Positions 25,713 to 36,866 are shown, counted from the stretch's first letter. The stretch: 64,000 nucleotides of DNA from Clostridiaceae bacterium (GCA_012518025.1 JAAYTP010000008.1:9303-73302); one strand, 5' to 3'. Notes: generated by a model not told the origin, from the letters alone. Numbers and translations: made by a program.

Positions 25713-27275
25713 ATGCCTGATCATGATAAACGAAGCTTTGAGAATCCTATTTTACCAGGGTTCTACCCTGATCCATCCATATGTAGAGTGGGTGAGGACT
25801 ATTATCTTGTAACATCCAGCTTTGCATATTTTCCAGGAATCCCGTTGTTTCACAGCCGGGATCTGGTCCACTGGAAGCAGATAGGGCATGTGCTGGACAG
25901 ACCTTCCCAACTGGATCTGGATGCAGTGGAGCATTCTGAGGGTATCTTTGCCCCAACCATACGCTTCCATGACGGAAAGTTCTATGTGATCACCACCAAT
26001 GTAACCAGGGGCGGAAACTTCATTGTGACCGCAGACAGGCCTGAAGGTTCCTGGTCCGAGCCATATTGGCTGACCGATGCACCGGGAATCGATCCTTCCC
26101 TGTTTTTTGATGATGATGGCCGATGCTGGTGTGTTGCTACCTGGGAGGTGCCGGAAGGGCCGGCATACTACGGTGATAATGAGATTTGGATGCGGGAACT
26201 GGATCTTGATACCATGACATTAAAGGGTGAGCGTTATGGGCTCTGGCGCGGAGCGCTGAAGCATGCCATATGGCCAGAAGCACCGCATATATATAAAAAG
26301 GACGGGTATTACTATCTCATGATAGCTGAGGGTGGAACCGATTTCCATCACTCGGTCACCATTGCCAGAAGCCGAGATATTAAGGGGCCTTATGAAGGCT
26401 GTCCGTCAAATCCGATTCTTACACACCGCCATCTGGGAAGAGGGTATCCCATCGTTAATGTTGGTCATGGTGATCTGGTGGAAACCCAAAAAGGGGAATG
26501 GTGGATGGTGCTTCTTGCCTCCAGACCCTATGGCGGATACTATCGAAATCTGGGACGCGAAACCTTCCTCGTTCCCGTAATATGGGAAGATGGATGGCCG
26601 GTGGTAAGTCCCGGAACCGGGAGAGTTGAATTCTCCTACCCATACCCCGATCTGCCTTCCTGGGAGCCAGAGCTTCCTGTATTGGTGGATCATTTCGACA
26701 GCGGCAGGCTTGATCCTTGCTGGAACTTCCTGCGCACCTCGGGAGAGGAATTCTACAGTTTGACAGAGCGTCCTGGATATCTGCGTTTGAAGATAAGACC
26801 AGCCAGATTGACCGAACTTGCAAATCCAAGCCTGGTGTGTAGGCGTCAGCAGCATATGAGCTTTGTTGCGAGAACGGTTTTGGAATTTGCTCCTGATCGG
26901 GATGAGGTGGCGGGAATGGTTCTTTTGCAGAGCAATCGCTATCATCTCAGGATGGAGTATGCCCTTGAAGGTGATCAGACCATTGTCCGCCTTGTTCAGT
27001 GTAAGGATGGGGTTGAAACTTTGATCAATACCATTCCCTGGCACTCAGATCGGTTTGAGATGAAGATATCAGCCCATGGCCAGGACTTCAGTTTTTATTT
27101 CGGGGACGGAGAAAAGAATATACCTCTGGCCCAAAAGGTTGATGGCAGGATACTGAGCACCGACGTGGCCGGCGGGTTTGTGGGTACCACCATAGGCCTT
27201 TATGCGTCGGGTAACGGACGGGAGAGCCATAACATTGCGGATTTTGACCTGTTTGAATACAGGGCGATCCTCTAA
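25713..27275 (+). CDS. glycoside hydrolase family 43 beta-xylosidase/alpha-L-arabinofuranosidase
   Basis: N-terminus NPILPGFYPDPSICRVGEDYYLVTSSF, then APTIR and a catalytic-region EGPHIYK-like APHIYKKDGYYYL. A C-terminal beta-sandwich domain is present. Confidence 0.85.
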   Translation: MPDHDKRSFENPILPGFYPDPSICRVGEDYYLVTSSFAYFPGIPLFHSRDLVHWKQIGHVLDRPSQLDLDAVEHSEGIFAPTIRFHDGKFYVITTNVTRGGNFIVTADRPEGSWSEPYWLTDAPGIDPSLFFDDDGRCWCVATWEVPEGPAYYGDNEIWMRELDLDTMTLKGERYGLWRGALKHAIWPEAPHIYKKDGYYYLMIAEGGTDFHHSVTIARSRDIKGPYEGCPSNPILTHRHLGRGYPIVNVGHGDLVETQKGEWWMVLLASRPYGGYYRNLGRETFLVPVIWEDGWPVVSPGTGRVEFSYPYPDLPSWEPELPVLVDHFDSGRLDPCWNFLRTSGEEFYSLTERPGYLRLKIRPARLTELANPSLVCRRQQHMSFVARTVLEFAPDRDEVAGMVLLQSNRYHLRMEYALEGDQTIVRLVQCKDGVETLINTIPWHSDRFEMKISAHGQDFSFYFGDGEKNIPLAQKVDGRILSTDVAGGFVGTTIGLYASGNGRESHNIADFDLFEYRAIL

Positions 27276-27445
27276 TCAAATTCTAATCTTTCTTATATCT
27301 CTCCTTTAGGATTTGAGTATAGAATAAATAATGGAGCGGTATTCAGAGAGTTAAGCTGTCTTACACGGAATGCTTCTTTAAGGCAGGAAGGATGAGCCGG
27401 ACAGCTGTTTTATGGGTTAAACAATGTTTATGAAGCGGGATAGGG

Positions 27446-29119
27446 ATGAAAACAATACTTGTAGCCATAAATGCCAAATACGAGCACGAGGGTCTGGCGG
27501 CCTGGTATCTGAAAGCCGCCTGTCTGAACAACGGTGTGGATATTACTGTTCTTCAGTATTCCATCAATGATTCCAACCAGAAGATATGGTCGGGAATAAT
27601 TGATGAGGAGCCTGATGTGGCATGCTTTTCCTGCTATATCTGGAACCGCATATTGGTGCAGAACCTGATATCCGACCTTAAAAAGGTTAGACCTGAAACA
27701 GTAGTTGTGGTGGGCGGTCCTGAGGTATGCTATGAAGGCGCAGAAGACGATTTCAAATCATATGGAGCCGACTATGTGATTAAAGGAGAGGGGGAGAACC
27801 AGCTTCCAGGGTTGCTCTTGAAGCTGAAGGATCAGGAAAACATCGAAACCGTTTACCGTCCCTCCGAAGACCTGGAAGATAAGGGCTATGTTTCACCCTT
27901 CATTCCCGAATACCTGGATCGGATAAATGGCCGGATATCTTATATCGAATCGTCCAGAGGTTGCCCCTACAATTGCTCCTATTGCCTGTCCTCCATAAGC
28001 AGGGGATTGGAATATTTCCCGCTGGAGGAAATTTTCGGGGGGATCAATGCCCTGGTTGATGCTGGAGCTAAGGTGATCAAGTTCATTGACCGCTCCTTTA
28101 ATGTAAACAACCGGCATTCACTGGAAATATGGAAGTATATCAAAAGGTTTTCGAAAGAGAATGTAACCTTTCATTTCGAGATCAACCCGGATCGGCTTAA
28201 CGATGAACAGATGAAGATCCTGTACGAAATGCCCAATGGACTGATACAGATTGAGGCGGGGATTCAGTCCACCAACCCGGAGACGCTGAAGGCCGTATCC
28301 AGAGTCATGGATGTGGATCTGGCTCTTGAGAATATCAGAAAAATCATGAGTTGGGGCAATATCCATGTCCACGCCGATTTGATTGCAGGATTGCCCTATG
28401 AGGACATGGATTCCTTCAAAAAATCCTTCAACGCGATATATAGCGTGAAGGCACACCATCTTCAGCTGGGGTTTCTGAAGCTGCTCCAGGGCACCAGGAT
28501 AAGGGATGAGGCTGAAAAGCACCATTACCAGTACAGAAGCTACCCGCCCTATGAGGTTCTGTCAAACCGGTATATGTCACCTAAGGAAATCATGATGTTA
28601 AAAGGCATTGAGGAGGCACTGGATCGCTTCTGCAACTCGGGCAGATTAAATTTTACGCTGGATTATGTGCAGACCCTCTTTCCTTCGGCCTTTGATTTGT
28701 ATCATGATCTCAGTCTGTGGCTGAAGGAGAGAAAATGGCTGTTCATGCCTTTCTCAGCCATAAGACTCTATGAACTGTTCCGGGATTTTTCCCTGGAAGC
28801 CGGGGCTGATCCCGAGATTTTGGAAAGCCTTTTGTGCCTGGATTATGTCTGCTCACTAAAAACCACAGCTATTCCTGAAGCCCTTCTGAACCCTAACGGC
28901 AGTAAGGCAGGGCTGGTTGCCCTGGAGCCGGGGGATTTTGCAGACCGGGAATGGATTGACTCAGTGGGCAGGAACCAATTTAGAAGAAGGTTTATCGGTC
29001 TGGAGGGATACTGCCCTGTGATAAACGGGTTAAATATTGAATATAAGAGAAGTAGGGCAGTGGTGGATACAAAAGATGTCGACCCGGTGACCGGAAGAGC
29101 CGGATTGACAGTAGGCTGA
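27446..29119 (+). CDS. B12-binding-domain radical SAM protein with DUF4080-like C-terminus
   Basis: CxxxCxxC cluster motif SRGCPYNCSYC after an N-terminal Rossmann-like B12-binding region. The substrate is unknown. Confidence 0.8.
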   Translation: MKTILVAINAKYEHEGLAAWYLKAACLNNGVDITVLQYSINDSNQKIWSGIIDEEPDVACFSCYIWNRILVQNLISDLKKVRPETVVVVGGPEVCYEGAEDDFKSYGADYVIKGEGENQLPGLLLKLKDQENIETVYRPSEDLEDKGYVSPFIPEYLDRINGRISYIESSRGCPYNCSYCLSSISRGLEYFPLEEIFGGINALVDAGAKVIKFIDRSFNVNNRHSLEIWKYIKRFSKENVTFHFEINPDRLNDEQMKILYEMPNGLIQIEAGIQSTNPETLKAVSRVMDVDLALENIRKIMSWGNIHVHADLIAGLPYEDMDSFKKSFNAIYSVKAHHLQLGFLKLLQGTRIRDEAEKHHYQYRSYPPYEVLSNRYMSPKEIMMLKGIEEALDRFCNSGRLNFTLDYVQTLFPSAFDLYHDLSLWLKERKWLFMPFSAIRLYELFRDFSLEAGADPEILESLLCLDYVCSLKTTAIPEALLNPNGSKAGLVALEPGDFADREWIDSVGRNQFRRRFIGLEGYCPVINGLNIEYKRSRAVVDTKDVDPVTGRAGLTVG

Positions 29120-29239
29120 ATACTCTTTACAGTATAATTTTGTATGTGTAGAATGAATTTACAGGAGTTTTATCATAATTATAGTCCATGTTCATAAATC
29201 AGCGGATATATGTCCGATTATATTATGGTGGTGAAATAA

Positions 29240-29902
29240 TTGAAAAGTTCATGGGCAGGCAGATTGCTGTCTATAATAATAGGGGTTGCATGCTTTGCGA
29301 TCCTGAAGTTCCTGTTCAAAGCAGGATTTTTTGGGGCACTGGTGGTTGGTCTTATCGCATGGCTTACCATAAGTCTTAGTACATCCAAAAAGAATAAGGA
29401 TGACAATATTACAGCCGATGCCATGACCCGGCAGGAAATCAGCAAAACCATTAAGGCCGGCAGAAAGCTTACCATAGCCATGAGACAGGCCTCCTACCGG
29501 CTCATGCAGCTTGAGGTAAAAAAGGAAATTGAGGATTTGTGTAAGATAGCCGAATCCATGTTTGAAATGCTTAAAAAGGATCCTAATGATCTGCGTATTG
29601 TCAAGCAATTCATAACCTATTATCTTGAGCCTACCCACAAGATCATTATGAAATATGTTGAACTGGCCACAACCCGGCCCATGCCGGCTGATGCCGTAAG
29701 CATACTGGACAAAACCGAGAAATCCTTCAAGAGCATTCGTGCCACCTTCCTCCAACAGAAGGAGAAGATGCTGGCAAATGATGTGATGGATCTGGATACT
29801 GAAATAAAAGTTTTTGAAACTATTTCAAGGAACATGAATACAGGCGGGGCGGCCGGGAAGGACAAGAATCGGTCATCGGTTTCTTCAACAGGGCACAAGT
29901 AG
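29240..29902 (+). CDS. xpaC: XpaC-like (5-bromo-4-chloroindolyl phosphate hydrolysis protein family) membrane protein
   Basis: Two N-terminal TM helices followed by a helical domain. It lies immediately upstream of a TelA/YaaN homologue, the same gene order as xpaC-yaaN in Bacillus. TTG start. Confidence 0.55.
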   Translation: MKSSWAGRLLSIIIGVACFAILKFLFKAGFFGALVVGLIAWLTISLSTSKKNKDDNITADAMTRQEISKTIKAGRKLTIAMRQASYRLMQLEVKKEIEDLCKIAESMFEMLKKDPNDLRIVKQFITYYLEPTHKIIMKYVELATTRPMPADAVSILDKTEKSFKSIRATFLQQKEKMLANDVMDLDTEIKVFETISRNMNTGGAAGKDKNRSSVSSTGHK

Positions 29903-29972
29903 GCATTGTTAATTAGGTAACCATTTGGTAAAATGAGTATGTTACTTCTCTTCAAGAAAGGTAGGATAGGTT

Positions 29973-31085
29973 ATGGATGCACAATTGCAAACCTCCCCAG
30001 GCCAGTCGGTTGCTACGACCGAAAACTATGATGTGAATAAATGGAATGAAATGACCCCGGAAGAGCAGCAAAAGGTCATTGAGCTCTCCAAACAGATCAA
30101 TGTGGGCGATTCCCAGTCTGTGATTCAATATGGTGCCCTGGCGCAAAGTGAGGTATCCAAATTCTCTGATGCCATCCTCGATCAGATCAGAGCCAAGGAC
30201 AGTGGAGAGGTGGGTGCCGTCCTGACCGATCTTCTGACTAAGGTGCATGAAGTGGATGTGGACAGCCTTGACCCAAACAAGCAGGGTTTCTTTGATAAAC
30301 TGTTTGGAAACATCAAAAGGGAAACCGGCAAGTTCATGGCTCGTTACGAAAAGCTGGGTGTCCAGATAGAGAAAATTATCGATCAACTGGATCGTGCCAA
30401 ACTCCAGCTCATCCGGGATATTACCACCCTGGATACCATGTATGCAAAGAACCTGGAGTATCTGAAGGAGCTGGACATCTATATCATGGCTGGCTCACTG
30501 AAACTGAAGGAACTCAATGACAAGGTGCTCCCCGAACTCAGGGAGAAAGCCCAAAGGACGGGGGATCCTGTAGATGCCCAGAAGGTTAAGGATATGTCGG
30601 AGCTCATCTCCCGGTTTGAGAAGAAGATACATGATCTGAAGCTGACCAGGATGATCGCCATCCAAACCGCTCCTCAGATCAGGCTTATACAAAACAATGA
30701 CCAGACTCTTGTTGAGAAGATACAGAGTTCCATCATGAACACCATACCCCTCTGGAAGAACCAGATCGTCATTGCCATCACCATGCTGCGCCAGCAGAAT
30801 GCATTGAAGCTTCAGAAGGATGTTACAAAAACCACCAACGAGCTTCTGGCCAAAAATTCCGAGATGCTCAAGACCAGTTCCATTGAAATTGCAAAAGAGA
30901 ATGAGCGCGGCATAGTTGAGATTGAGACCCTCAAGAAGGTCAATGAAGACCTGATGATCACACTGGAGGAAACCATCAAGATTCAGCAGGAAGGCCGGGC
31001 AAGAAGGCAGCAGGCCGAGATGGAACTCAAAACCATGGAGGAGGATCTCAAGAAGAAGCTTGTGGATTTGCGGGATCGCGTATAA
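29973..31085 (+). CDS. toxic anion resistance protein, TelA/YaaN family
   Basis: 370-aa all-helical protein with TelA-like segments (QYGALAQSEVSKFSD, IQTAPQIRLIQNND). Confidence 0.8.
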   Translation: MDAQLQTSPGQSVATTENYDVNKWNEMTPEEQQKVIELSKQINVGDSQSVIQYGALAQSEVSKFSDAILDQIRAKDSGEVGAVLTDLLTKVHEVDVDSLDPNKQGFFDKLFGNIKRETGKFMARYEKLGVQIEKIIDQLDRAKLQLIRDITTLDTMYAKNLEYLKELDIYIMAGSLKLKELNDKVLPELREKAQRTGDPVDAQKVKDMSELISRFEKKIHDLKLTRMIAIQTAPQIRLIQNNDQTLVEKIQSSIMNTIPLWKNQIVIAITMLRQQNALKLQKDVTKTTNELLAKNSEMLKTSSIEIAKENERGIVEIETLKKVNEDLMITLEETIKIQQEGRARRQQAEMELKTMEEDLKKKLVDLRDRV

Positions 31086-31270
31086 TCCCTTTTCATTGAG
31101 AGTTTGGCAAAGCTTAGCGTGACAATCAGTGAGATTTGTTCGTCAGCAAAGCCCCCTCTAAATGACAGTTATTGTAGACCGAATCCTCCAAAGGGTGATT
31201 TATTATCAGCCGGCGGAGGATTTTCATTCCAGGCACCCTTAGAGGCGTCAAATACAACTGTGGACTGGTG

Positions 31271-31299
31271 TTGACACTTCAATCCACTTGGAATATAAT
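31271..31299 (+). promoter_or_regulatory. sigma-A promoter of the ileS leader
   Basis: TTGACA (31271-31276), a 17-nt spacer, then TATAAT (31294-31299). Confidence 0.6.
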
Positions 31300-31305
31300 C
31301 ATTAA

Positions 31306-31572
31306 AGATTGTTTAAAGCGATGATCGGTACGAGTAGGATTCTTGAATCCTTTCAGAGAGTGGGGGAAGGTGAAAGCCTCGCAGGAAGAGGGATCCGAAT
31401 ATCAACCGTGAGCAGCAGCCTGAAAGGCTCAGCCAGCCGAATAAGGTGAGCCGGATTGAGACCGTTACCCTCAAAACAAGTGGTCCTGTAATCCTTTGCC
31501 GGGTTATGGGGCAATTTGGGTGGTACCACGGAAAGCAGAGCCTTTCGTCCCATGGGACGATGGGCTTTTTTA
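31306..31572 (+). promoter_or_regulatory. T-box riboswitch, Ile specifier (AUC)
   Basis: Stem I AGAGAG/GTGA elements are present. The specifier-loop ATC is at 31401-31403, followed by A. The T-box motif AATTTGGGTGGTACCACGG is at 31513-31531. The terminator is GCCTTTCGTCCCATGGGACGATGGGC plus TTTTTT, ending about 31571. Confidence 0.88.
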
Positions 31573-31645
31573 ATTGATTATTCAGTTAAACCGGATTCAT
31601 ATCCCGGAAAGATTTTGACAATGAACGAGATTTGGAGGTATTTAA

Positions 31646-34408
31646 ATGGCAGTTGATTATGGAAAGACACTGAACTTGCCAAAAACCGATTTCCCTATGC
31701 GGGGCGGGCTTCCTGAGAAGGAGCCGCGGATTTTGGAGGAGTGGCAGAATAAGGATATTTACAATAAAAGACTTGAGCGGAACCGGAACTCTGGAAAGAA
31801 GTTTGTGCTTCATGATGGCCCGCCCTACGCCAATGGCGGCATCCATATGGGAACCGCCTTAAATAAGGTGTTAAAAGATATAATCATGCGTTATTACGAC
31901 ATGAAGGGCTATTATACACCCTATATCCCCGGGTGGGATACCCATGGTCTTCCTACTGAGCAAAAGGCCATTAAGGAAAGGGGGCTGAACCGTCATGAGG
32001 TAGGGCCTGTGGTTTTCAGAAAGGCCTGCCAGGAGATTGCCTGGAAGTATCTGAACATTCAAAGGGACGCATTCAAGCGCCTTGGTGTAATAGCAGACTG
32101 GGACAACCCCTACATCAGTTACCTGCCCGAGTATGAAGCCAGACAGATCGGTGTGTTCGGGCATATGGCCAAGCTTGGCTGCATTTATAAAGGCATGCGG
32201 CCTGTATACTGGTGCCCCTCCTGTGAGACTGCCCTTGCTGAAGCCGAGATAGAATACGCAGAGGATACCACCAATTCCATCTATGTCAAGTTCCCCATGA
32301 CAGATGACAAGGGCAAGCTCAAGGGTATTGTGGACACCCTGGAGAATCTGTATGTGGTTATCTGGACCACCACCACCTGGACACTGCCGGGCAATATGGC
32401 TATAAGCCTTAACCCTGACTTCGTTTATGTGGTCATGGAAGCCAACGGCGAGCGCTATATCGTTGCCAGGGATCTGGTTGAGAAGGTGGCCGCTGCTGCA
32501 GGGATAAGTGAATATAAGATTCTGGGTGAAATCATGGGTTCAGAATTGGAGTATGCGGTTTGCAGACATCCGTTCTTAGAAAGAGATTCCCTGGTCATTG
32601 TAGGAGACCATGTCACCCTGGAAGCTGGTACAGGATGCGTCCACACCGCACCCGGCCATGGTGCAGAGGACTTTGAGGTGTGTAAGAATTATCCTGAGAT
32701 AGAAACTCTGGTGCCGGTTGATGATAAGGGTCATCTTACCCAGGAAGCAGGACCCTTTGCAGGTATGTTCTATAAAAAGTCGAACAAGGCCATCCTGGAG
32801 CTTCTGAAGGAGAAAAACCTGCTTCTGGCTGAAGAGGTTATCACACACCAGTATCCCCATTGCTGGCGCTGCAAGAATCCCATCATTTTCAGGGCTACCG
32901 AGCAATGGTTTATCTCCATCAACAAGTTCAAGGATGCAGCTTTAAAAGCCATCAAGGATGTCCGCTGGATTCCGGGATGGGGTGAAGAGCGTATTTCCAA
33001 GATGGTGGAAGACAGAGGGGACTGGTGTATTTCCCGCCAGCGTATTTGGGGAGTTCCCATTCCCATATTCTATTGTGTGGACTGCGGCAGGGAGATAATC
33101 GATGATGAAACCATAAAAGCCATTCAGGAACTGTTTGCCAGAGAGGGTTCCAATTCCTGGTTCATCTATGAGGCTTCTGAGATTCTGCCTGAAGGTTATG
33201 CCTGCCAGTGCGGAGGCCGCAACTTCAGAAAGGAAAAGGATATCATGGATGTCTGGTTTGATTCCGGATCATCCCATGCTGCTGTGGCCGAGCCCAATCC
33301 TGAACTGGGTTGGCCTGTGGATATGTATCTTGAAGGAAGCGATCAACACAGGGGCTGGTTCCAGTCCTCGCTTCTGACTGCAGTTGCCACAAGGGGCCGC
33401 GCCCCATATAGACAGGTGCTGACCCACGGTTATGTGGTGGACGGGCAGGGCAAGAAGATGAGCAAGTCTCTGGGTAATGTGATCGACCCTGTGGATGTCT
33501 GCAAGCAATACGGTGCTGATATCTTGAGGCTTTGGGTGTCTTCAAGCGACTACAAAACTGATATACGCATCTCCAATGAAGGCTTTAAGCAGTTATCGGA
33601 AAGCTACCGGAAGATCAGGAACACCGCCAGGTTCCTTCTTGGAAACATCTATGATTTCAATCCCGGCGAGCATAGCGTGGCCTATGCCGAGATGGAGGAA
33701 CTGGATCGCTGGGCGCTTATGAAGCTCAACAGGCTGGTAGAGAAGATTGAGAAGGCTTACTCCGACTATGATTTCCATGTTATGCTCCATGCCATCCATA
33801 ATTTCTGTGTGGTGGATATGTCCAACTTCTATCTGGATGTGACCAAGGACAGGATGTATGCCTCAGAAGCTGACAGCAAAATGCGCCGTTCAGGACAGAC
33901 TGCTATGTACATCATTCTGGATACCCTGACAAGGCTTTTGGCTCCAGTACTGGCTTTCACCAGTGAGGAGATATGGAAATACATTCCCCATACAGAAAAA
34001 GACAATCCCGAGAGCATCATGCTCAATGACTGGCCGGAGGTCAAGCCCGAGTATGAGGATCAGGTTCTTGCTGAGAAGTGGGATAGGATTCTGGAGGTTC
34101 GCGAAACCGTTCTGAAAGCGCTGGAGAATGCAAGGAATGAAAAACTTATTGGACAGTCCCTGCAGGCGAAGGTGGTTCTGAAGGCGGGCAAGGCCCTCTA
34201 CGATTTCCTTGAAAGTGTTAAGGAAATGCTGCCCACTGTCTTCATCACCTCCCAGGCGGAATTGGAGCTCATGGATAAGAACGGCCTGGAAGTGGTTGTC
34301 AAGCCAGCGGACGGTCAGAAATGCGAGCGCTGCTGGATGTTCTCCGATTCTGTCGGCCACAGCCATGAGCATCCCACCCTTTGTGAGCGCTGCAGCAAAA
34401 CGGTTTAA
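31646..34408 (+). CDS. ileS: isoleucine--tRNA ligase
   Basis: 920 aa. Motifs: the HMGTALNK (HIGH) region, KMSKS and a C-terminal zinc-finger CERCW...CERC. Confidence 0.95.
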   Translation: MAVDYGKTLNLPKTDFPMRGGLPEKEPRILEEWQNKDIYNKRLERNRNSGKKFVLHDGPPYANGGIHMGTALNKVLKDIIMRYYDMKGYYTPYIPGWDTHGLPTEQKAIKERGLNRHEVGPVVFRKACQEIAWKYLNIQRDAFKRLGVIADWDNPYISYLPEYEARQIGVFGHMAKLGCIYKGMRPVYWCPSCETALAEAEIEYAEDTTNSIYVKFPMTDDKGKLKGIVDTLENLYVVIWTTTTWTLPGNMAISLNPDFVYVVMEANGERYIVARDLVEKVAAAAGISEYKILGEIMGSELEYAVCRHPFLERDSLVIVGDHVTLEAGTGCVHTAPGHGAEDFEVCKNYPEIETLVPVDDKGHLTQEAGPFAGMFYKKSNKAILELLKEKNLLLAEEVITHQYPHCWRCKNPIIFRATEQWFISINKFKDAALKAIKDVRWIPGWGEERISKMVEDRGDWCISRQRIWGVPIPIFYCVDCGREIIDDETIKAIQELFAREGSNSWFIYEASEILPEGYACQCGGRNFRKEKDIMDVWFDSGSSHAAVAEPNPELGWPVDMYLEGSDQHRGWFQSSLLTAVATRGRAPYRQVLTHGYVVDGQGKKMSKSLGNVIDPVDVCKQYGADILRLWVSSSDYKTDIRISNEGFKQLSESYRKIRNTARFLLGNIYDFNPGEHSVAYAEMEELDRWALMKLNRLVEKIEKAYSDYDFHVMLHAIHNFCVVDMSNFYLDVTKDRMYASEADSKMRRSGQTAMYIILDTLTRLLAPVLAFTSEEIWKYIPHTEKDNPESIMLNDWPEVKPEYEDQVLAEKWDRILEVRETVLKALENARNEKLIGQSLQAKVVLKAGKALYDFLESVKEMLPTVFITSQAELELMDKNGLEVVVKPADGQKCERCWMFSDSVGHSHEHPTLCERCSKTV

Positions 34409-34432
34409 CAGGGTGATTCAAAGATCACTTGA

Positions 34433-34470
34433 AAGCGGCTGGATAACTGATTCCAGCCGCTTAATAATTA
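34433..34470 (+). terminator. intrinsic terminator after ileS
   Basis: AAGCGGCTGG (34433-34442) pairs with CCAGCCGCTT (34453-34462). An AT-rich tail follows. Confidence 0.55.
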
Positions 34471-34648
34471 TTCATGTATAAAGACTGTTCATGGTAATGA
34501 GAAGCAGATGGCATCCATTGCCAGCTTTATGGTATGATATCAATGCTGAAAAAGCCCGATGCTTATGAGGATAATATTTGGGTATACCATGGACTTGTGA
34601 AGAAAATTGCCCGTATGCGGACAACAGGGCGGAATCGAGGTGTATTTC

Positions 34649-35701
34649 ATGGAATGTCGCGAGCTTATAAGAAAGCTTTGCAGTATAAATGCCGTAACTG
34701 GAAGGGAAGATACGGCTGTTGAAGCCATTTCGGATATCCTGTCGGATTATTGTGATGAAGTGAAGGTGGATGCCTTTTTTAATGTGATCGGGCTGAAAAA
34801 AGGTCAAGGGAAAAATCCCCGCAATGTTCTGGTCACTGCCCATTACGACCAGATCGGCCTCATGGTCACGGGCATTGACGAGAATGGGTTTCTCCGCTTC
34901 ACCAGCATGGGGGGAGTGGATCCTAAAGTGCTGGGGGCTCTGGAGGTAACGGTTCATGGCAGAAGAGATCTCCATGGCGTGATCGGTTCTAAGCCGCCCC
35001 ATCTGATCCCTCCCGAGGATGCCGACAAACCCATTAAGATGGAGGACATGCGAATCGACATCGGATACGATGCACAAAAGGCCAGAGAACTGGTGTCGGT
35101 AGGCGATGTGGTATCATTTAAGTTCCCGGTTCTCGAACTGAAAAACAACAGGATGGCCGGAAGAAGCATGGACAACCGGAGCAGCGTAGCAGCCCTGGTG
35201 GGAATCCTGGAGGAACTAAAGCGGATCAGGCACCAGGACAATGTTTATGTGGCTGCTACCGTTCAGGAGGAATCGGGACTGGTAGGGGCTTTTATGACCT
35301 CTTGGCATCTGAAACCGGATCTTGCCATAGCCATAGATGTTTGTCACGGGGATATGCCCGATGCCCCTAGCGATGAAAGCTTTCCTCTTGGTAAGGGGGT
35401 AGCAATTGCGGTAGGTCCCATCCTGAGCCGGGAGCATACCCGGGCATGCATAGAGATTGCCAAAAGGGAGAGGATTCCCTGGCAGATCGATGCGGAGGAA
35501 AAGGATACAGGTACCGAAGCATCCGTTTATGCGTCGGCATTGGAAGGAATTCCTACACTGCTGCTGTCCATTCCGGCAAAATATATGCATACCACAGTGG
35601 AAATGGTGAGCCTGGATGATGTCAAGGCAACAGCCCGGCTGGCAGCCCGTTATATAGCTTTCAGGGATGAATTGGATCAGGAGGACGATACCCATGAATG
35701 A
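34649..35701 (+). CDS. M42 family metallopeptidase (TET aminopeptidase/CelM-like), paralogue 1
   Basis: Motifs AHYDQIG, DNRSSVA, VQEE.G and a C-terminal H region. I set the start at ATG 34649 (MECRELIRKL). The track ORF starts at 34607. Confidence 0.8.
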   Translation: MECRELIRKLCSINAVTGREDTAVEAISDILSDYCDEVKVDAFFNVIGLKKGQGKNPRNVLVTAHYDQIGLMVTGIDENGFLRFTSMGGVDPKVLGALEVTVHGRRDLHGVIGSKPPHLIPPEDADKPIKMEDMRIDIGYDAQKARELVSVGDVVSFKFPVLELKNNRMAGRSMDNRSSVAALVGILEELKRIRHQDNVYVAATVQEESGLVGAFMTSWHLKPDLAIAIDVCHGDMPDAPSDESFPLGKGVAIAVGPILSREHTRACIEIAKRERIPWQIDAEEKDTGTEASVYASALEGIPTLLLSIPAKYMHTTVEMVSLDDVKATARLAARYIAFRDELDQEDDTHE

Positions 35702-36866
35702 GCAAAATATTCTAAACACGGCCTCCGGGGGATATCCCGAGAGCCTTATAGACATACTGAAAAAGCTGACTATGATGGATGGAGTATCGGGCGATGAAAA
35801 GCCTGTTCGGGATTTCATCATTGAAAGGATAAAGGATCGGGTGGATTCCTGGTATGTGGATAATATGGGAAACTTGATCACCTTTAAGAAAGGCACCGGA
35901 CTTAACAGGAAGGTTATGCTGGCTGCCCATATGGACGAAGTGGGTCTTCTCATCACGGGAATCAATGATAACGGCCTTTTAAAGTTCAAGGCAGTAGGTG
36001 GTATCGATACCCGTGTCCTGGTAGGGAAAAGGGTCAGAATAGGCAAGGACGGGGTTCCAGGTGTAATCGGCTACAAGCCCATCCATTTGCAGGATTCGAC
36101 CGAAAGGCAGAGTACGGTCAAAAAAAGCGGACTGACCATCGATATAGGTGCAAAGGACAGGGATCAGGCCGAGCAAAGCGTTTCTGTGGGCGATACAGCA
36201 GCCTTTGATTATGATCCGGTAGAATTCGGGGATCATAAGGTGATGGCTAAGGCTCTGGATGATCGGGTAGGTTGTGTCATACTCACCGAGCTTCTCAAAA
36301 GCCGTTACTCCTTTGACCTTTACGGGTGCTTCACAGTTCAGGAGGAGATCGGCTTAAAAGGAGCCAAGGCTGCTTCCTATGCGGTTGTGCCTGATGTTGC
36401 CATCATTCTGGAAGGAACCACCTGCTATGATCTGACCGGAACCAGCGAGCATATGATGAGTACGAGACTCGGTGATGGTCCTTCCCTGACTGTCATGGAC
36501 CGGTCGGTGATTTCAGACAGGGACTTGCTTAAGCATATAACCCGTACCGCAGACAAGCTTGGTATACCATGGCAGGTCAAACGAACCATTTCAGGTGGCA
36601 CCGACGCCGGCAGAATCCAGGTCAGCGGTAAGGGTGTTAGGGTATGTCCGATCGCGGTTCCATGCAGGTATATTCATACTCCTGTATCGGTCATGGACAA
36701 AAGAGACTTTTTCCATACCCTGAAACTGGCGGAAGGAACCCTTGCAGAACTGGCTGATTGGCTTACGGGAGACGGTGATACTGATGTAAAGGACAGCGCT
36801 AGAGGGACAGCCCATACCACCGGGCTCGATCAAAATCAATTTTGGGAGGGGAAAAGTGATGTTTAA
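35694..36866 (+). CDS. M42 family metallopeptidase, paralogue 2
   Basis: Motifs AHMDEVG, DDRVGC and VQEEIGLKGA. The start ATG 35694 overlaps the stop of paralogue 1 (ATGAATGA). Confidence 0.8.
   Translation: MNEQNILNTASGGYPESLIDILKKLTMMDGVSGDEKPVRDFIIERIKDRVDSWYVDNMGNLITFKKGTGLNRKVMLAAHMDEVGLLITGINDNGLLKFKAVGGIDTRVLVGKRVRIGKDGVPGVIGYKPIHLQDSTERQSTVKKSGLTIDIGAKDRDQAEQSVSVGDTAAFDYDPVEFGDHKVMAKALDDRVGCVILTELLKSRYSFDLYGCFTVQEEIGLKGAKAASYAVVPDVAIILEGTTCYDLTGTSEHMMSTRLGDGPSLTVMDRSVISDRDLLKHITRTADKLGIPWQVKRTISGGTDAGRIQVSGKGVRVCPIAVPCRYIHTPVSVMDKRDFFHTLKLAEGTLAELADWLTGDGDTDVKDSARGTAHTTGLDQNQFWEGKSDV

Noticed and set aside
34472-35077. 201-aa minus-strand ORF after ileS
   Set aside because: It overlaps the ileS terminator region and the 5' part of the first M42 gene. 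It has no RBS and no motifs.
35216-36046. 276-aa ORF antisense to M42 paralogues 1 and 2
   Set aside because: It is a shadow of two well-supported plus-strand genes and spans their junction, which a real gene would be unlikely to do.
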